Positions 26,932 through 39,560 of a stretch of 64,000 bases of DNA are shown here, piece by piece; within the stretch, counting starts at the first letter, position 1; every line of letters begins with the position of its first letter. The notes under the pieces were generated by a model. It made no database searches and was not told the origin of the DNA. It saw only the letters and a program-made list of their open reading frames with translations. Origin of the DNA: Podarcis gaigeae (Eukaryota); NCBI GenBank assembly GCA_964106915.2, contig OZ066914.1, one strand, 5' to 3'. Made by a program: the position numbers and the translations under genes.

Positions 26932-28281
26932 CTAGGATGAGGGGAAAAGTATATTAAAAGTATATTAAGCACTTTTAAATTTGCGTTCCCTAACCTCCTC
27001 CCCGCCACCCACCCCAGTCATAGCCGCCTCGCATTTGGAGGTGGGGGTGGGAAGAGAAAGGCAGTTCAAAAGATTCAGCAAGAGAGAGAGAGAGAAAGAG
27101 AGAGAGAGGAAAAGATGCCGAAGTTTTTTCCAGCACGCCTTACTGAAGCGCCTCCTGCCCATAGGAAGGAGTTCTGATCTGTGACACCTTTTGTGTCCGT
27201 ATTTACAAACAGGACCTCGACTTTAGTTGGGCTTGGATTCGCTGAAGGGAGCCGGCGCGGCGTCCTCGCGCTGCACTTTGGGGCCAAAGGACTCTTTCTC
27301 TGAAAAGAGGTGGCCAGCAGAGTTTGTGGGCACTTTCGCTCCCTGGGTCCCCCTACCCCCGCTGCAACCTCTCCAGGTTGCTTATGGGCAAATCCTGCTC
27401 TCTTGCATGGGGCGTGGGTGGGTGTGCTGGGGGCACTTCTTTCCCTTTTTAAACCACACATGTTTGGGAGCTACTTCACTCTGGTGATTCTTTTCGGGGC
27501 ACTACTAACCATCCTGAAAAAAACAAAACCCGAAGAGGGAGAGAGAAGTGGGGAGGTGGTGGGGGAGAGAGAGAGAAATCCACTTATTGTGATTAACTTC
27601 TTTTTTGGTCTTTAGATCTTCCCCTTTTTCACTGTACTGTGACACACGCTGTCTACCTCGCCTCAGTGCTTTAAAAAGTAAGGCCAGGAGGGGGTGAGGG
27701 CTGGGAATACAAAGCCTCCAGAAGGCGAACAATGGCCTCCATTTTACTCCCCTACCCAAACGCCGAGCGCAAGACCCCAGCCAGGCAGCCTCCTCCGGAA
27801 CGGGCCGCGGCGCAGCCTCCCAACTCCGCGTTCCCAACGACCCTCCAACTTACAAAGGAGCGGGTGCGAGGGGGGGCACACAGCGGCCTTCCTGCTCCCT
27901 TCTGTAGGGCCCGCCTTGACCCACGCAGCCTGGCCAGCCCCAAGCCCTGCCTTGGGTTGTTTTTGTTTTTAAACCGGCCTTTTGAGGAATAAGACGAGGA
28001 ATAATGCAACAACAAAAGAAGTTCTGCAGTTCTTGATGTTCTGTGTTTCATGTATTTATTTATTGGGTCCCAGCGCTTTCTTTTTAGGTTCCCAGCCTAG
28101 CAGGGGGAAAATAGAAAAGTAATTTCTCGTTATAAATATCTGGAGGTAATTATGTTACTGGTGTGAGTTGTTAGGGGTTGTAAAAAGATACAACAGCGCA
28201 GTGGGGTGCTCAATTGGGGTGAGACAATTACAATAAAGAACCTATTCAAGAGGTTTTGCTTTAAAAAAAAGAGGGGGGAGA

Positions 28282-28286
<5 letters not shown>

Positions 28287-28318
<32 letters not shown>
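28287..28318. repeat. (AG)n microsatellite
   Basis: Direct read. Confidence 0.9.
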
Positions 28319-28322
<4 letters not shown>

Positions 28323-29409
28323 GTAAAATAATGAAATAGTGGCAGCCTTCATTTTATTCGCCCCCCAAACCTCCCCCCTTTATTTTTATTTTTTTGGAAG
28401 CTTTAAAAAATCTCTTCTCTTTCCAGGCTATAATGAATATTAATTTTATTCTTTCTACCTAGAAAAAGAGGCATCTTCTTCCGGGTCCAAAACGACTCCG
28501 GTATGATTTTTTAAAGTGCTTTTTCCCCCAAAGCCATCTACGTTCCATTAAAAGGGGGAAAAGAAAATCAACACGGAACAAGGACTCCTCTCGCAGCGTG
28601 AATGAGGCGCGCGGTGGTAAATATTTACTCCGCTTTGGAGAGGCACCTGATTAGCAGCCGAGCCAAGCGCCCTGGACCCTTCTCCGGAAAAAGCCGGTGC
28701 CTCCAGTCGCCCAGAGTTTCCAGAAGGCGCCCCTTTAACACACCAAACACGTCTGCCGGGACACACGCTTGCACGCAGGACAACCGCTCCAAGACAGAAA
28801 GACGCCGAAGCGTGAGAAGCAACTAGAGAGAGAGAGAGAGCCTTTTTCGCCCAGGCGCGGGGGACTGTTATTGTGAACACTTCCCAGCTATACCAACTGG
28901 CGAAATGCATTTTAAGAACTCACTTTGGCACTTATGGGTGTTAACAAACAAAGACGGCTAGCTGGTTTCAGGCACCAACAAACAAACCGAGGCGTTATTC
29001 TGATGAATCCGAGACAGCAAAATTGGAGTAGGGGGGAGTGAAGAGATAAAAGAGAGAGAGAGAAAGATTTGGGCTTTTGGGCTATTTTAATTACAAGGTG
29101 GACTGAGCCCTACAACCACCAGCAAAACCGACCCTTCCTCCCTTCCCCCACCCGGAAGCGCAATAATGGTGGAGTTTCTCCCTTTGCCAGAAAGTAGCTC
29201 CTTTTTACTGAATTTTAAAAATGAAATTATTCACAAAGAGATGCAGGTAGGCAGAGAGCAGCCTCGATCGAATTTCCCGGTGAGATTACAAACCCTAAGC
29301 GAAACGCAACGCCTCCCTGGTCCCGGCTAGGCCTAATCTGCAAATTCCTATTTAAATCTCCAAATCTGGATCTAATCTGATCGTCTTTGAGATTTGATCC
29401 TCCCCTCCG

Positions 29410-29610
29410 CTGCAAACATAATTAGCTATTAAGATGACAAACGTTTACAATCCCGGGCCGAATAAGCAAAAGATAAACGCTAATCCATTGGTGTGGAGAC
29501 GTTTGCTAAAGGTCACCGGCTATAAAAATTTATTGCCAAAGACCACAATTATTATTTTAGGCCTATAAAGACGCTCAGCCTCCAGCCATAATGAATGGCT
29601 TCACTTTCTG
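29410..29610. promoter_or_regulatory. Candidate intron-2 conserved element
   Basis: Dense TAATTA, TGACAA, AGATAA, TAATCC and TTTATTG motifs in unique sequence. Confidence 0.3.
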
Positions 29611-30952
29611 GAAGGAACTGCTCGGTGCTCTCGACTGGGCCTGAAAAGTTTACTTGTAAGCCTGGTCGCATCAGGAGTTTCTCCCCATGTATTTTAAACC
29701 CCTGATTTGAAGACGCCAGTGGTTTATTATTCCCTCCCCACAGTTAGATTAGTTTAAATAGAGTTAAAGAAAACAGACAGAAGTTTATTCTTGCACTTGG
29801 GCAGCCCTTGCCTATGCACGTTCACTCAGAAATGCTTTATTGTTTCAGTGACGTTTATTCTCACATTAAAGTGTGCGTAAAATCTCAGCCTCAATGTATG
29901 GCGGTAGAGGTGGAAACTCTGAAGAAGAGAGGAGGTGGGGAAATGAACTTTTTTGCGGGTTGCCCTGCATTTTCCGTGAGTCTGGGCGAAACTTCACAAC
30001 ATCCACCCAACAAGGAAATGAGATTTCGAAAATCCAAAATCAAACCAAAACAACAGCAACAGCAACAAAAAACCCATTTGCTACTTGAAAAGGAAGCAGA
30101 CAACATTCTCTAGCCTGGAAACTTGTGGAGAATGGGGTGGGGGGAGCTATTGATCGCAGATTCTTTGGAGCGCAAAACTCAGGAGACTTAAACGATCTCG
30201 GAGATTTGAGTGAAGTGCTGTAGGGGGGGTGGGGGTGGCAAACAGCGCAGAGAGAAAAATGTTGTTGTTTTTGTGGCTGTTTTTGTTTAAACAGTTTGTA
30301 CTTCGAGCCAGGTAGTGATCAAGTTAGAAAGTTCTGCTCATTCCCAGTCTCGTCGTGGGCAAGTTTGGGGAGATCTCGCGGCTGCTTGATTGAGAGTGAC
30401 AGTCCTTCAGCTCCGCTCAGACCTTCCCGGATACAACAACTGAGACCTGACTTGGCCTAGAATGTGACTCTGTGTGTCGTCGTGTCCCCCCCCCCCCCTC
30501 CCGCGTGTCTCTCTCTTCCCCATTTCCTTAAGGCCGGTTAGTTTGAGGAGGAAAAGAGATATATAGACATAAATAAAGGGAGAAGCGAGAGTTGCCTAAA
30601 CGAAAGTCCCTCGTCAACACACACGCATAAGCACACACAGCTTCAGCTTGACGGAGATACAAAGCAACCAGGGAAAAGAAGCAGGGAATAAAGACGCTGA
30701 GCTTGGATGGACCCAGCTTCCCAAGAAAGCAAGGGCCAAGCAACGCCGTGTGGTCCATAACGCCTCCTTCACAACGACCGCAACAACAAATGCCCCTCAT
30801 AGGAACCAGGTGTGATGCATTCTCGTGTGTGTGCGCGCGCTCAGATGATCCCTACAGCTTTGGCCGTCCCTATCGCGCTGTGCCAAACGCAGCAAGCCTT
30901 TCGTGGGGCTCTGTCTAGCAGAAAGGCCGGGCGAGTCTGCTGCTGTTGCTAT

Positions 30953-30954
<2 letters not shown>

Positions 30955-30986
<32 letters not shown>
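30955..30986. repeat. (AG)n microsatellite
   Basis: Direct read. Confidence 0.9.
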
Positions 30987-30989
<3 letters not shown>

Positions 30990-31269
30990 TTTTCCCAGAA
31001 AACAGGGGCGGGGGTCGGTCCATGAAGGAGGAAGAGGAGGAAAAAGAAGAGGAGGAGAAAGAAGGCTGGAGCGAAAAGGACAAAGTTTGGAAGCCTTTGA
31101 GACTGGCATCTCGCTTAAGATCCTTTCCCGGAATGTAAGAAATGGTGTGTATGTGAGCGAAACCGGGGGGGGGGGAGAGAGAGAGAGAGAGAAGGGGGGG
31201 GGGGAGAGGGAGAGACCTGTCTAAATATTAAAATGAACTGAAGCGAGGAGAAGAAACGAGCAGACTCAC

Positions 31270-31415
31270 CTTTCTGAGGCATCCTGTCTTGTTGTCAAAG
31301 CTCCTGTCAATAGTTTTAAAAAGCGCCCCTGATTTGAAATGATGGTGCCTTAAAAAGGGTTGCCAGTAAAAGAGTTTTTCTCCACTGAAGCTGCTGGTTG
31401 TGTGATCTTGAGTTC
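31270..31415 (-). other. PAX6: PAX6 5' UTR exon 2 (146 nt), ending in uORF start ATGCCTCAGAAAG
   Basis: tctctgtctccttcccag acceptor, gtgagt donor; conserved-looking GGAGAAAAACTCT, CATTTCAAA and GGATGCCTCA.AAAG blocks. Confidence 0.9.
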
Positions 31416-31537
31416 CTGGGAAGGAGACAGAGATTGACAATAAAATGGGCTGTCACTGACTGGAGAGGGAGAAAGAAAGAGGATGTGAGCGAAGTAGGGG
31501 GGAGAGAGGGAGGGAGAGAGGGAGAGACAGAGCACAC

Positions 31538-31778
31538 CTATGCTGATTGGTGATGGTTCAAGTGTATTAATGTATGTGTGCGCCTGGTCTCTGCCTCGCC
31601 TCCCCTGCTCCCCACTGGCCCATTAGCAAAGCCTGACCTCTGTCATCATCTTCCAGCAAAACACTTCCTCCCTGCGCCTGAACCAGAGCGGGAAATGAGG
31701 CTGAGCCAGGGCTCGCTTTTCAAACCCACTAATCACTCCACGCATGCAAATGCTCCGCTCGCTCCCACACAAAATATT
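31538..31778 (-). other. PAX6: PAX6 5' UTR exon 1 (P1 transcript)
   Basis: AATATTTTGTGTG...GGAAGTGTTTTGCTGG.AGATGATGACAGAGGTCAGG...CCATCACCAATCAGCATAG|gtgtgct; start site approximate. Confidence 0.88.
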
Positions 31779-31880
31779 GCTTTATGCAAAGCAACGCCAT
31801 TGCCTCCTAGCTGCCGATTGGACGCTCACTCGCACTGCCTGGTTCAATTGGCCCATTTGTTTGAATATGAATGCACTGGC
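31740..31880 (-). promoter_or_regulatory. PAX6 P1 promoter
   Basis: Two CCAAT boxes (31817-31821, 31847-31851), TATA-like AATATTT (31772-31778), octamer ATGCAAAT (31744-31751). Confidence 0.85.
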
Positions 31881-32837
31881 TTCTCTCTCTCTCTCTCTCC
31901 CCTGCTCCCCCCCCCCCAGCTCCCCGCTCCTCCTCGCTTAGATTCCACCGACCTCTCTCTCTCCCCCCCCTACACCCGCCCCCCCATCTCCAGCCCTCTT
32001 TGCCCTGAGTTCCTCTTCCACCATCCTTGGGCTCAAATGCGAGGCTCCGGGACGCGCGGTGAGCGGACAGGCACCCTCCGCTAAGGTTTCGTGTTTTTTT
32101 TTGGAGGGGGGAGGGACAATGTTTTCCTGGTTAGGATTCAGTCATGTCTCCCGGCTGAACTTTTTTATTTTTTACCTCCTTCCCCACCTCAGAGATCCCC
32201 TCTGTTCGCCCCATTTCCTCCGAGATAGGGCCTGCAGTAAATAAATAACGTCGCTCGGAAAAATAAAAACGAGGACTGCCCTTTTCTTTCCAAGGCGATC
32301 TAGGTTTGTGCGGACGGCCGTGTGGGGGGGGGGGGATGGGAGAGACAGAAAGGGAGGGGGCGAACTATTTGCATTTAAACAGTTCGCTCCCAGCAGACAA
32401 TGGAGATAAGGAAAAAATAACATTCAAATGGTAACGACATAAATATTTGGGAGACAGGCGCTTTGTCAACTTGGAATCGCCTGGAGGTAGCCAAGTCCAC
32501 AGTTGGGTGTGTGGGTATTTTCCCTCTCCCCCCTCCTTTCCTCCCCCCCCCTTCCCTCTCTCTCCTCGAAATGTGATGGAGAAAGGAAACTCTCTCTCTC
32601 TCCCCGCTGCCTGGAAAGTGCAGAGCAAATACACACTTTACTTTGTGTATTGAGGACTTTCGTGAAGGGGCCTGAAGAGTCCTTTCCCAAACACCCAAAC
32701 TTCTTCCACGTGCCGTTTGTTGACTAAGTGCTGTTGTGTTTCTCCCCCCCCCCCTCCAACTCTCTCTAGCAGACACTCCAAGGAGGGGGAGAAAGAGAGG
32801 CGGGAGGAGTGCTAAAATATCTCCACCGCAAGGGTCG

Positions 32838-32840
<3 letters not shown>

Positions 32841-32878
<38 letters not shown>
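32841..32878. repeat. (TG)19 microsatellite about 1.1 kb upstream of P1
   Basis: Direct read. Confidence 0.95.
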
Positions 32879-32880
<2 letters not shown>

Positions 32881-33379
32881 GGAGAGGGGGTTTTGCGTGT
32901 TGCTCTCGCCAGATTTAGCTCATTCATGTGCGCAGGGCGATTCTCTCTCTTTCCCTCCCTCCCTCCTTCCCTCTCTTTCTCTCCTGCCAGGGAAATCGGG
33001 GGCCGAAGGAAAGCAAATGACTTTGCTTCTCTGACCACACACCACCACAAGTTCATTTGTTGAATGGCGGAGTATTAAGACACACCTCAGTACACTCCAA
33101 AGCAACCCCTCCGCGCCTGCATTTAAGGTGACACTGGCAGCACCAGTTTGAGCTCAGGGTGTTCCGATCGTTTATGGCGAGTGGTCTAGGAGGCGGGGAG
33201 TGGGGAGGGGTGGGGGAGATGAACTTCTGCACAAAGAGGGAAGGGGAAAGGAGGAGAGAGGGAGGGGGCAGGGAGGCGACGGGGTGGGGGGGGGGTAGGA
33301 GGAAAGAAGGCAAAAAGCCCCAGAAATTCCAAGAGGCAAGGGTTTCGGAAGGGTTTCGGGTGGGGGTGGGTGGGACACG

Positions 33380-33700
33380 AACGCGCCAAGCATAAAATGA
33401 AGTCGTAGCCCCGCATACACTTGACTTCTCTTGACATGTGAAAAGTGCTAAAAGTCAGAGCTCATCAATAAAGTGGCTGGCGATTGAATGAGGGCCCTGA
33501 CAACCATTGCATTCTTCAATAAAGTACAATGAGGAGACAAACGACTCTGCCAAGGAGTTTGCATGGGAGTGAAAGGACGCCTCAATAGGAGCTGGATAAT
33601 GGGCTGCCAGGCCGTCATGCACTGTCATCTCCAGCCCTGCAGAGAAGCTACCGCGGCCTCTAATAGCACAAAATGGGCTCTTAAGAGACTACCGGGCGAT
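33380..33700. promoter_or_regulatory. Candidate conserved element between P0 and P1
   Basis: Complex unique sequence with CAATAAA x2, TGACA/TGTCA and ACAAT motifs, between low-complexity tracts. Confidence 0.4.
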
Positions 33701-33719
33701 TCCTCTCTGGGATGTGTGT

Positions 33720-33722
<3 letters not shown>

Positions 33723-33782
<60 letters not shown>

Positions 33783-33785
33783 TGT
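33723..33785. repeat. Compound (CT)n(GT)n microsatellite
   Basis: Direct read; (AC)m(AG)n on the gene strand. Confidence 0.95.
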
Positions 33786-34119
33786 CCCCCTCCCTCTCTC
33801 CCTCCTTCTTCATCTTCTTCCAAACTCCTTCTTTCCTTCCTTCTTGTGCCTTGATGCTGATTACCACTAATGCGTGGGGCTGCGCTTTTATGGGTCTTGC
33901 TTTCTATTTTATTTTTTTAGGGGAAAGAGAGGAGGCTGCAGCAAAGGAAGGCTGGGATTTAAAATCAGGACTTTCTCCTCGGTCCCCTCTTTTTTTTTCA
34001 GGCCTCCGGTTCCAAAGTTTTTGGTGTCTTTTTTGCAGCAAATGGGGAAAGAGTCAGAGAGAATTGCCCAGCCTAGCTGGGAGGGTTGAGACATTCTTCT
34101 GCAAACGCCACTCAGGAAG

Positions 34120-34121
<2 letters not shown>

Positions 34122-34180
<59 letters not shown>
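34122..34180. repeat. (CT)n microsatellite
   Basis: Direct read. Confidence 0.95.
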
Positions 34181-34183
<3 letters not shown>

Positions 34184-34566
34184 TTCTTCTTTCCTCTGCT
34201 GATCTAGATTTTTCCCCACCCGGGCATTGCCCCCCCCCATTTTTGATTTGTTTCTTTATCCCACATTGCAGCCCGCATCAATAACCCAGGCCACTTCAGT
34301 TTGCTGAAGGAAAGAGATCCGGTGGGTTGGACAAATCTTTTACCTCCAGCTACAATAGTTCAGGCCTAAGGCGAGTTGCACCCCCCTCCACACTTGCTGG
34401 AAATATCCTTTTTATTTCAATGTAATCGGAGCCGAATAACTATGATGGAAAGCTGGGGTGAAAAAACCAACCACACGGGGACATTCTAATAGGATTCCCC
34501 TTAAAAGGTAGGTAGGAAACTTGAGAATTCTCATAGCTGGGATGCTGCTACTGATAGAGGTGTAGG

Positions 34567-34568
<2 letters not shown>

Positions 34569-34607
<39 letters not shown>
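34569..34607. repeat. (TG)n microsatellite
   Basis: Direct read. Confidence 0.95.
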
Positions 34608-34609
<2 letters not shown>

Positions 34610-37599
34610 TGTAGTGTTTGGACGGTTTTAGTTCTGTGTTTAAATTTATTATCCTTTCGTTTTGCCCTACTGTTATTTTTGAAGTGTCTCCCATACATTG
34701 GAACCCTGCTAATTTCTGCAAAGTCCCCGCTATCAATGGCTAAATCTTACACGGCAGTCCTGCTCCATTCAACTCCATGGGAACTTTGCTGTTGACTTCA
34801 GCGGGCGCAGGCTTTTTCAAAGTGCGCCAAAGGAGATCTTTGCAGAGAGATCAAAATGGGAAGAAAACATAGATTACCAAGCCAATGTCTCGCTTGCCTC
34901 GCGGGTTTCACCGCATAGAGTTGCCGCTGCGGGATAGTTTAGCAAAGTATCTTGAAAAGACCCCGCTCCTTCAAGCTAGTCCTCTGCAAAGCTTTTTCTT
35001 TTCTTCCTGTTGTCTGAAAAAACTCTCCCTCTTAAAGAAAAATCGCAAAGAGAGTAAGAATAATAACAAAAATAATCCCTGAGATCCTGGGGATTTTTGT
35101 TTTGTTTAACGTGACTTCTGGTCCTCTGGAAATCAGACGAATCTTTTCTCTTTTTTTGTCCAACAAACTTTTTTTAATACTTTCCTTAAGTGGAAACGCA
35201 AAAAAGGGCAAAACAACAGGGTAGAAAGGTGGGGGAAATAGAATAAAATGAAGAACTCATGAAGCTTGTTTTTAGGGGGGACAGACACGTCCAGATCTTC
35301 AGGCAAATTTCATTTTTACAACCATTCAATTAGCCTTCGTTTGGATTAGCACCTCCTTATATGCTGCTCCTTCAGAATAAAGAAGCCGTAATCTTGTTGC
35401 TATTTCCCCCAGGCCACAGTGGGCCTTGCGCCCCTTCCCTCTCCACCCCCTCCCGCTAGTTTTGTTTTGTTTGTTTTTTAACTGGGGGGGGGGAGGAAAT
35501 AATAAGGGGAGGGAAATGGTGAATAATCTGACGTCATTGCAGAGATGGGAATGGAAGGAGAGAGGAAGCAAGTCTGGGAAGAAAGGAAGAAGGGGGGAGG
35601 AGAGAGAAAAAAAGTGCCACAAAAGGTGAAGAAGAAAAAGATTGGGTGCCTCGCTTTGCTGCTGATTTATCAGGACGTTGGAGACGGGAGGCCGAGGGCA
35701 GGCGAGGGAGCCTCCGAAGCAAGGAAAGCAAAAGTTGAAAGGGAAGGAGGGGCCGAGGAGAGGGAGGGAGGGAGGGAGGGAGGAGGAGGAAGACAGGAGC
35801 GGAGCGAAGGGCCTGCATGACAATGTGCATGTGTGAAAGAGAAGAGGAAGAGGACAAGGCGTGTAGAATGGGGGTGTGAGAAGAAAGTGGGATTTCTGCG
35901 GAGACGTGGAGAGGCGAGAAAAGGGGAGGAGGGACAGAGCAGGGCGAAGTGAGAGTGTGTGAGTGTGTGTGTGTTTTAAAGAGCGAGGGAGAAAAGTGCA
36001 AAAATTGTGTGAGGAGAAAAACACAACTTGGGATGAGTCCTGGAGTAGAGTAAAGGAAGCGGGGCAGAGGGGGAAAATGGGGCCAGGCGCGCTTGCTTAG
36101 GAGTAAGCGCCGTGGAAGGAAGAAGCCCGCTTCGGATCCGGCTGGGAGAATCGAGATGGAAGAAGACGCGCGCGTGGGAGATCCGGGCGAGGGGAGCAGG
36201 TTCTCACGTGCAGCGAGAGCGCACGTCGGCCAGGGAGGGACGCCCTTCGCCTAGCTCAGGGCAGGCTCAGCTTGCTCTCGCAAGCAGCATCTCGGGGCGA
36301 GCGCTGCCAGCGACAACCCCGGGAGCCTTTGAAATAGTACCTGCTCTCCAACGACCAGAGGGGGGGGGGGAGTCCTTGCCAAGTTGAGCCACAACTCGAA
36401 GGGCGCCATTTTAACTCTGGGTTGCTCTGTTTTGTTTTGTTTTTAAAACAACAACACAAGTTTTTTTTTTAAAAAAAGCACGTTCTGGATTCTCCCAGGT
36501 ATATACAGGTGTAAACAAAACAAAACAAAAACAGAATAAAACACGAGAAACCCCAAACTCCTCTGCCCTGTTCCTTTTTTTTTTTTGTCAGCAGCTTTGA
36601 ACTTGAGAATTAACTTGCTTAAAGTGGCAGGCAAACGATGGAGCAAGGAGGGATGAGGCCGTGGAAATGGTCGCGAGTGGGGTGGAAAATTCAAGCGTCC
36701 TTTTTGGGGGGTAAGGGATGATTTGCATGTGAAGTAGAAATGAGGAATGAGCGCGCCAGGGTAGATTGGCTGCGGGGGAAAGAAATGGCCCTTTTCTCCA
36801 GGGATTTCTCTTGACCACAGGAGGGAAAATAAGCGCTGAACGGAGAATCAAGTGCATTTGATGCTCACCAGGTTGGCACCTTAGCACCTTGCCCACCAGA
36901 CCTGGAGGGACCGCCGCAACCAGAGGACTTGAGAAGCAAGGGTCCGGATCCCAAGTGGATTTCTAAGTAGACACGTGCACTCCACGTAGATTCGCAAATA
37001 TCATCGTGGATAGATGGGGCGGGGGGGGAGCTTATTTACTTCCCAAAGACGCGCACCTAGGATGGCAGCTTGCGCCTTTTCTAATTTGGCAAGAACGAAC
37101 ACCAGACGGGCAGCAACAGCAACGAAGAGTCTTGTGGCACCTGAAAGCCAAACAGATTTATTGTGGCATAAGCTCTGTGTGGAGGGGAGCCAACGGAGTC
37201 TGATGCACGACGTGTTTGTCTGTAAACTGAGTGCTAACTGAGGATAACACTTCCTGCCTCTGAGGAAGAGGGATCTGCACCACCAAAGCTTATGCCGCGG
37301 TCCGTCTGTTAGGCTTTATTTCGAAGGTGCCACTTCCTGTTTTTACTACAACAGAGTCTGGCTCATTCTTCTGAGCGTCTGGTGGATTCAGAGTGGATTG
37401 ATCAGAAATGTCTTGAGCAGTTAGGAATACTCCTGCGGTGGGAAATAACTCGAGGGACTCGGGTTTATATCTTTTCTTTTTCTTTTCTTTTTGGGAGGGA
37501 ATGGGGAGAATATGATTAATTCTCCCTCGCCTTCTGTACCAGTGTCAGGTGCATTAGTCACTCTGCCTTTGGATTAAACTTATCTTTGTCTTGAATTGT

Positions 37600-37601
<2 letters not shown>

Positions 37602-37646
<45 letters not shown>
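37602..37646. repeat. (TG)n microsatellite
   Basis: Direct read. Confidence 0.95.
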
Positions 37647-37648
<2 letters not shown>

Positions 37649-39269
37649 GGGCACAGGTGTTCAGTAAGTGGATTCAAAATCACTCGGAAAGTTAATATTA
37701 AGATGAGAGAATTACAACTGAAAAATTATAAGCCTTTGCAATTTAAAAAACCCCCCAAACCCTTACACTCCCTTAAAAGAAACAGCAAACATCTCTACTA
37801 CTTTCTCGCAGAAAGCAAACATATCAAGGAAATGTGACTAAATTAGATTCATTCTCCCGATACTGCCATTGATTGCAGAAGTAGGTATTTATTTGTCAGG
37901 GACAAATAATAATAAAAAAATTCTCCCCTTCTCAGCTTCCTTAGGAACAGGAGTCGCTCAGTTCAGTGCTCCTAGATCGTCTTGTTGTATTAATATCTGG
38001 CTCGCGAACCTCCTTTTTTTAATACCCAGAAAAATGCTTAAAGTCCTCTTGTCCACTTCAGTCTCCCACTGAAGAGATACACAAACCCTGACGTGTTAGA
38101 CTACAATGCGTTTGCCTTCCGGACACCGAATGCCGAGTCGGATATGGAGAAAGAGCGCTTGAAACCTCTAATGCGCCGGACATTGAGTTAAATGGAGCTT
38201 TGGCGAGTTTAGGAGCAATCTGCAAAAAGTTTGGAATCGATTTAACCTCTTTTACGTCGGGCGTTTTGCAAGAAGGCGCAACCTTTTGTGTGGAAGGATT
38301 AAAAAAAAATAAAGGCGAAGGGGAGGGGACAAGAAAAGGACTCAATTTGTGGACTCTGAAATAAAACATCCATGTTTTTCCCCCTCCTTCATCCAGGAAA
38401 GGTTTGATATTTATCTTGGTCTGGTAGATTTTTCGAAGGGACTTGCCAGCAAAGCCCCTCTCAAAAAAAAAAAGGGGAAAGGGAGCGGCGACTCGCCAGC
38501 AAAGCGCATCCTGACGGGCTTTTTAAACACTATTGATTGGGACAAGCTGTTCCAAACCCCAGTAACACTTAATCTGCCTGTTAATCAAGGCGCTAAGGAG
38601 CTCAATGCGAGTTTTATTAGCGACTAGAGAACACAGCGGCAGAAAGGATCAAAAGACTCGCCCCCTTGATATTTGTCAAGCCAGACTCCCCCCCAAAAAA
38701 ATATATTTTCAATTACAGAGCAATTCTTAGCTTATCATCGCCGCCTAACAGAAACACGCAGATGGTTTCACAAACGCTGCCAGAGAAACAACTGCAGCAA
38801 AGGCAGCGAGACCCTCAGAACTGCAGCCTCCGAGAACCCCACGCCGGACCCAAGCCGGCACTGCGCGCCTAGAAAGGAGCAGTGGCTCACCTCAAAGCGA
38901 AACCAGTGTCATTATTTCTCTCTGTCTCCCCCGCTGCCTTTCTATTTACCACCGGAATTCGAGAGAGAGAGTGGAAGGCAACACCTGAAAAGCCTATGCC
39001 AATTTAAACCATCCTTTCCTTCCTCACTTTTCTCCCCCCCCCCCCCCGTGCCTGTTTGCGAACGAAGAACTTTGGAGTGGGTTTGCAGTCAAAACGAACG
39101 GAAAGAATTTGGTATGTTCCTCAACACCACCTCACTCAGATTTTTTTTATTTAAAAATATTTTAATTAAAAAAAAAATTATTCTGAAGGGGAAAAGTTGA
39201 ATGGGGGTGTTTTTTGTGTGTTTTTTTAATGGACTGGCCCGACTCTCAAGCCCGTCCCTCCCCTCGAGC

Positions 39270-39560
39270 TGAGTTTCAATTAAGGTAAAGGTGGAGAAAT
39301 ATTATCCCGTCTGCGAAAATCAACATTTTGATCTTGTCATTTTTAATGCGAACCGATGGTGCTGGATGTCAACGAGATATGCGTATAAAAGACTATGTGG
39401 TCAGAGGTAATTATGTCACAGCTTTTTCTCGTCGTGACAGCTGGATAAACACAATCTCCAATAAACATCTCTAATTAGGGAGGAGGACCTGCGAGGCTGG
39501 GTGTCTGATTTATTACTCACCCAGAATGTCCATTTACCGGTGGAGATTAAAGTGGACTCC
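39270..39560. promoter_or_regulatory. Candidate intron-0 conserved element
   Basis: CAATTAA, TGTCA, GGTAATTATGTCAC, GTCGTGACAG and CTAATTAG motifs in unique sequence. Confidence 0.45.

Noticed and set aside
27139-27630. Alternative exon 3 candidates (GTAAGG donor at 27143; GGGGAAGATCTAA near 27620)
   Set aside because: No good acceptor; 26855-26931 fits length, motifs and both splice sites much better.
31538-31623. Exon 1 ATG as the start of an extended PAX6
   Set aside because: The frame closes at TAA 31567-31569, inside exon 1.
35326-36024. 232-aa L/P/S/F-rich ORF
   Set aside because: A product of the polypyrimidine tract, which lacks stop codons.
28143-39419. GAGGTAATTATGT shared by two putative conserved elements (28143 and 39404)
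   Set aside because: Dozens of 13-mer matches are expected by chance in 64 kb; at most a common homeodomain site.
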